Assembly: GCF_032062105.1 (NCBI RefSeq)
Contig: NW_026923116.1
Span: forward strand, 124,001-188,000
DNA from: Saccostrea cucullata
Taxonomy: Eukaryota
Length of the DNA stretch: 64,000 nt
Direction: 5' to 3'
Below are positions 58,201 through 64,000 of the stretch, piece by piece; the stretch's first letter is position 1; each line of letters opens with the position of its first letter. The translations under genes and the position numbers were made by a program. The notes below the pieces were generated by a model. That model saw nothing but the letters and a program-made list of their open reading frames with translations. It did no database searches and was not told the origin of the DNA.

Positions 58201-61200
58201 CTTCATGCCAATATCCCTATCAAATCCCCTCGGATCCCTATTGTCGTAATCAAAACTGTTCCTGTTGTCAAACATTCTGTTCTCATGCATTCTGTTATTA
58301 CGATTATCATAATTCCTGTCCATTTTATCATGGTTGAAATCCCTGTCCCTATCATCTCTCCTATTTCCGTGTCGATCACGTCTGTTGTACGAATTATCAT
58401 AATCCCGATTTCGGCCTTCATACCGGTTATCCCTGAAATCCCGATGATCATGCCCACGGTCGTTTCTATCTTTCCTCCAGTCGCGACCGCCACGCCCACC
58501 TCTGTCCATTCTGTCGTACCCATGCCCGTCCCGACTATCTCTCCTGTCGCGATTCCTGTAGTTGTGTCGATCATGGTACCTTCCAGAATCCTGCCTGTGG
58601 AAATTTCTATCATTCTGTTGAGCATGATGAGGCATGTTGTTTGAATTAAAATTAGGGGGAGGTTTAGAAAAGTCTATTTTGTTAGGATCATTATATAAAT
58701 CTTTCTGCTGATTGAAATTATCCTGTCCACGGAAACCTCTCCCACCCCGATTTCCGTAATTGTCATAGCTGTTGTTATTCCCTTGGTTTCCAAATCCTCC
58801 CCCAATGTCATTAGGTTGATTGTTGAACCTGTTATTTCCTTGATTGAACTGGTTTGGTGGAGGGGGAAACTGAAAGTTGCTTCCGGCCATGTTTGGGGTC
58901 ATAGCTGGGGTCAAACCGGGAGTCAATCCTGTATTTGTAATGTCAAATGAACCTTTGTTTGTATCTTGGTTGTGCGTAAAGCTACCCTGAGAAAACGCAG
59001 ACATGGGGGTCCCTGACACATAGCCAGTATCTGCACTGTGATGGCTCATATTCTCTCCTCCATGAAAGTTCAGATTTTCTGGTTTTCGTTGGTTTTGGAA
59101 TTCTATTTCTGGATCGTATGCCTCCTGCTCGAATCTTGCCTCAAAGCTCGAGTTTCCAGACATTGATGACGACAATCGTCGATTTCTGGGGTCCGTGTTC
59201 TGAGCCACTGGAGCAGGTACAGGGGGCACGGTCACCTTAGGCTGATCAGACAGCATATCCTCAATGATTCTCTGCCTCTCTTTTCCTGTAAAAATCAAAT
59301 CTATTGTTAGAAACAGCGTTTCATTATATACTGTACATTCTCTATCAGGACATTGTTCTTTAAACTTCTATAAAAATAATTATACCAGTACATGCATTAA
59401 ACTGATGTTCCAGTTCATTTAACTAAAGTAAAGGTCCTTTTACAAGGCACATGAATATCTAATTAACCACCTCTGCAACAAGACTTCAATTTTGATGATT
59501 TCTAGGACACTGTCATAATTTTGCTCTTTTATACACTTTATCGAAATTTTAGAGCGATAAAGAATTGGTGCACTAACATTTGCGCCAAAAAAAAACAACA
59601 TTAAACTTGTTGATAAAAAGTACATACAGCATTCACACAGGGGCATATGAATACACAGTTGTCATACAAACAGTTCAGCACATTACATGGGAAAACAAAG
59701 CTAAGTTACATACCACCAGAGTCAACATAAACACTCATGATGTTTCCCATTTTGGAGGTCTGGTTCAATTTGTCTGCACATATCTTAGCTGACTTTGCTG
59801 ACATAAATATCACCTAAAATAATCAACACAATCAATAAAACCAATTATTTTCAAACACATATGTGAGAATAGATGCAGGATTCTCCTTTAAAGTAATGAT
59901 CCGAGACAAAATACTTTTCTTGCCAATTATCCAACTTTCAGCAGTTTAGTTTTCAGTTCAGTTTACCTTTCCTATGCCCATGTGCTTCTTGTTCTTTGGA
60001 TTATAGTAAATCTTGACTTCCTCCAGCAACCCAAACTGTTTGACCATGTTTTCTAAGAAATCCTTGCTGATGTTGTCATTTAAGTTTGTAAATGTCACCT
60101 CATTTGGTGGGGGTTCACCAACATAGTAGTTGTCATACTGAAAAATAAAACCCCAGAAAAATTATTTTTATGAAAAAATCAAGATTTTAATCCATTTAAA
60201 ATTGTATGTAATATTATGCACTGCCACTGCATATTGAACTCTGATAAGTGAGAATGCAATTTGACAAACAGCACAACTGGCAGTGATCAACTTTCCCTGT
60301 TAGTTTAAATTCAAGTCAATTACGTACATGTAAATGTACGAGAGAATATTTACTGCAATTGTCTGCCAACATACTTGAAATGAATTATGGAGAAAGCACT
60401 ATAACCATCCCAGAGGTACTTTTAATCCCTAATTAGAAAACTTATTGAACAGTTACTTCTGGTAGTATTCTTAAATTAAAACCATGCTGAAGAATTCAGC
60501 TGCCATGTTACAAAAAAAAAACCTTTTCTGAAGTAAATTACATTAATCCTTTAACACTGAAGTATGGAGCAAATTAAAACTGCACAGGTCTTATTTTTGT
60601 AGAGAATATGTGTGTCAAAAAAGATCATCTCAGCATATACCTTAAATCTAGGCACAGGTAAATCTGCAGGCATTCTTTGACTCCATAACCTCTGTAGTCG
60701 GGATCTTGGGTCTCTGACATGTACCAGTCTATTATCCTACAAAACACAGTTTTACCATAAATTTACTCTCTTCACTGTAGATCACTAAATTTTCGTGACA
60801 TCTTATTTTCAAGAGAGAGTCATTAACTCTTCCCTAGTAAGATAAAATTTTCACTAATTGTGGTTATTGTTCTAAAGTATCTTAACGAAGGCTAATAAAT
60901 ATGAGAATGACATTTTTGCAATCATACTCTGGTGTAATTATTACATGAAAGTAAAGTTCTTGTGAATAAAAAGTGATTTAAAGTACTGTTTATATACAGT
61001 TCATCTGAGCCTCTAACATATATCTGTATTTAAATTGCTTGTCAATTGTTTCTTCTTTAAAATCTGGAGGACACATGATAGGTATTTTATTTTTCTTAAC
61101 TTTCATGACACAACTTGACTAATTGGATATAAGTCACAGCAAATTATCCCCATGTAAAATGAACCAAACTGAAAATAGAGATTTTGGACAGTGTATCAAA

Positions 61201-62488
61201 CTGACAAAAATATTTTGATGTGATACTAGGTCACTCCTCACTTTATGCATAAAAAGGGCAATAACTCAATTAAAAAAAAGACTGTGATTAATATCCAACA
61301 ATCTCTATAATGTGCAATCTTTAATAGATGACTTTTGCATTTACAGAAGTCATCCCCCTTTCCGGGGTCAATCCGGGGTCAACAGGCATAAGGCACTGTT
61401 TTCTTCTACAACCTTTAATACCAAATTTATGGGTCAGTATCTTAAAAATAAGATCTGTATGAATATGTTCATTATGTTTTTCATGTTGCCCCCATACTCT
61501 GGCAATACAGATACAGATCGAAATTGTCCGATAACGTTTGAGGATAAAAATATTAACAGGTAACTTGCAAAGGAAAAAGTGGAAAAAATTAGCGTTACGC
61601 CGACGGGAGATAACTCTTAGGAATGTGAAATTTGTCTATAAAAGATACAAGTTAGGATGCCCTGAAGAAAAGTATCCTGTAGAGATAGTTTCCATATGAC
61701 ATTCTCCCCTTCAAAATAATTCCCTTGGCTGAAATCTTGGAGACCAAATCAATGAATTTTCCTCTTTGAGCAATTTGTGTCAGATACATAAGGGCAAAAA
61801 TCTTTAAAATGCTAAAATTATGATTTAAAGAAAACATTTGGTAAAATATATTTGTAGAAAAATATGTTATCTTCACCCAGTTGGCCAGTAAAGCAAGCTT
61901 CATTGGCTGAATGAGCGAAATTGGGCTTGTTGACCCCTGATGTGGTGTTTATACTGATTGAAATGGAAATAGTTATTTTTCATTGGTCACCACATTGTAG
62001 GTACACAAGCCCAAATTTCTTCATTAATTAACCAGTATCAATTTGTCATACTGGGCAGGTGAAGATATTTCATAATTTTAGTATTTTAATGATCTTTACC
62101 CTTAAATTTCTGCCATACAAGTTTAAAATATTGATTGCTGAAAGAGGAAAATTCGCAACTTGGACCTCCAATATCCCAGATAAGGAAAGTAACTTGTAGT
62201 AGAAATATTTCATGCAAAAACTATCTATTGTAATGACCTATTATCCCATTAAAGGGAACTAACTCATTCTGGCATAGAACACTGAAAGACCAAAAATGAG
62301 CAAGTAACAGCCACACCACTCAAATTTCATCATTTTTGGCAGATGTTTGTCTCAAAAGAATTATATGATCCTCCACGCCATCTCACCGTTGGATCAACGC
62401 CCTCAAATCTGTAGATCTTAGTGGATCCTCCTCTCAGCATAGGATCAACCAACAACTTGTAATTACGCCTCTTCTTATCTGCTTCCAT
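52245..62488 (-). CDS. SETD1: Histone-lysine N-methyltransferase SETD1 (Set1/COMPASS, SETD1A/B-like), complete, ~1581 aa
   Basis: Exons, phase-consistent: 62387-62488, 60641-60736, 59967-60137, 59714-59813, 57238-59285, 56742-56963, 56535-56616, 56304-56375, 55842-56046, 55509-55589, 54308-55230, 54062-54165, 53587-53694, 52792-53049, 52245-52418. Motifs: [15 protein letters not shown] ([11 protein letters not shown]), Win motif [12 protein letters not shown] ([25 protein letters not shown]), post-[16 protein letters not shown] then stop. Confidence 0.93.
52792..53049 (-). CDS. SETD1: SETD1 SET-domain exon
   Basis: [36 protein letters not shown]...[17 protein letters not shown]. Confidence 0.95.
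54308..55230 (-). CDS. SETD1: SETD1 exon (acidic region, HCF-binding-like motifs, N-SET start)
   Basis: Within ORF 54207..55274; [18 protein letters not shown] and [11 protein letters not shown]. Confidence 0.9.
57238..59285 (-). CDS. SETD1: SETD1 large exon 5 (low-complexity N/G/R/D and Pro-rich region)
   Basis: Within ORF 57217..59298; contains [10 protein letters not shown] and [20 protein letters not shown]...FDGWW. Confidence 0.9.
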
Positions 62489-62734
62489 TGTCAGCTTTTT
62501 ATGTTACAAACCTGAAAAAGAAAGAAGAAGATGGTAATAATGAAACAAACGATGGCTAGAGTTCAGATCCTGAAAAAATTGTACCCAACAAAAATGTAAA
62601 CAGTAAAAATGATGGCAAATAATCTCACAGTATAAAGGGTAAAAGTATAATCCAGTTTTTGGGTGCCTGATATAAGTTTGCAAAAACTTAACAATTGTCT
62701 TATGTAAATAAAACATAGCTAAGTCATTCAAACT

Positions 62735-63145
62735 TAAAATCGCGCGTTATCAATCATTTCTTCCGCCCGCAGAGACAATTTAGTGAAGATCTTTCAGTTA
62801 CATCTTTTCAGAAATCTTAGCTATCCCAGAATGCTCTCTTCGCGTAATGCTAAGCTAGGGTTTTAGGTATTGTGCATATTTTCGAACAAAATATGTTGAA
62901 ATATTTTGAATCTCAATAGAATAAAAAATGAAGATTGAAAGTAGAAAAATGTAAAAATGTTGAAAAGTATTATTCAATAGTGATTAAAGGAATAAAATAA
63001 ATGATTTCAGTCGAAATCCCAGCCTATGTTAGACAACTTTTCATTGGTTAAGTTTTTGGAAAACCCCTTCAAACTCAACCAATCAAAAGACGCCTACTGG
63101 AAAACCTTGTTATTATGAGACTTCCAGTTTTGAGGAAACACGTGT
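62735..63145. promoter_or_regulatory. Putative SETD1 promoter, possibly bidirectional
   Basis: CpG cluster; cttccgcccgc; ZNF143/Staf-like tcccagaatgc (~62824); CCAAT boxes on both strands (~63043, ~63079); CACGTG (~63139). An acceptor at 62512-62513 implies an upstream 5'UTR exon. Confidence 0.45.
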
Positions 63146-64000
63146 ATATTTACAACTATGGATAGTCAGAAGAAAATCAAGAAAGTTATTAAACTTGTGG
63201 CAAAAAATGTCAAGGGTATGCTCAAATGTTTACAATGATTTTTTTGTACTTAATTTGTGGCTTTGAAAGACTGACTCAAGTCATATGCATCAGTCCCCAT
63301 CTGCACATACTTTTAGCAGTTTAGTGATGTAGACAGGTAGAATATAATATTGTATGTGCATATCTGAAGTTAAGGTAAACCTTCAGTAGGCTTTACGTTT
63401 ATTCCTATACCCCTAGATACCTGACCCCCACCCCTCAGGAATTTCCAGGGTCCATACAGTCTATGCCCTATTTCCAGATCTCCATTGCATTTTTATAGAT
63501 TTTTTTTTTAGATCAATCCAATAGTTATTTTATATTCACCTTTTTCACTATCAAGGATTAAAATGAGATCTTCTGCGCAACTTTTTATATGATTGACATA
63601 ATAGATACCCCTTAATAAAAATGCTCAAGATATTATATACAGTGGAGGATCCGGCACCCTAGCTCATGTTTTAATCCATGATTAGCGTTAAACTAAAACT
63701 AGTCAAAATTAAGGTACTGCAGTATTTTTTTTTTTAATTTGTAAATAATGAACAATGAAAGAAGGTATACATTTGCTATTTTTGAAGATAGCTAGATCAG
63801 ACAGAGCACACCATGGATCAAACATTCTGCATAATGCATTAATTGGGGGTGGGGGATGATTTACAAGCTAGGTGTAGAGATAAGAATTCTTACTCTATTT
63901 AAGTCATAAATCAAAATCAGTTTTGGAGCAACAAATAAATGAAACTGTAACTTTAAAAATAGAAGATATGGGACAACAGATTTTAGAACGGAAGAACATG

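Noticed and set aside
54406-58644. Alternate-frame and antisense ORFs over SETD1 exons, including the Arg-rich 55828..56046
   Set aside because: By-products of low-complexity codon usage in the real frame.
61376-61937. Inverted pair ggggtcaacaggc / gcttgttgacccc in a SETD1 intron
   Set aside because: Probably an old DNA element, but termini and TSD could not be defined.

Overview
AT-rich, intron-rich animal DNA, most likely a bivalve (oyster-like, inferred from the repeat families). Host genes: (1) USP32 on the minus strand, with 30 coding exons traced by hand from the ATG at 46279 to 1174 and the gene continuing past the left edge; (2) a complete SETD1/Set1 H3K4 methyltransferase on the minus strand (62488-52245, 15 coding exons, ~1581 aa); (3) a class A GPCR with a single coding exon, nested antisense in a USP32 intron (~25.5-27.2 kb). 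One 17.8-kb USP32 intron holds a near-intact Helentron (endonuclease-bearing Helitron). Its ~2450-codon polyprotein reads: herpesvirus-tegument-like deubiquitinase, 17-aa charged repeats, Cys cluster, HUH Rep, PIF1 helicase, AP-type endonuclease, broken only by small indels in the repeat array and one poly-A run. The introns also carry many satellite-bearing Helentron-associated elements and TA-, TAA- and 8-bp-TSD MITEs. The most unusual structures are the DUB-carrying transposon inside a DUB gene and two independent tandem arrays built from copies of a USP32 exon 3' end plus its splice donor. All calls come from reading the sequence by eye; no searches were run.
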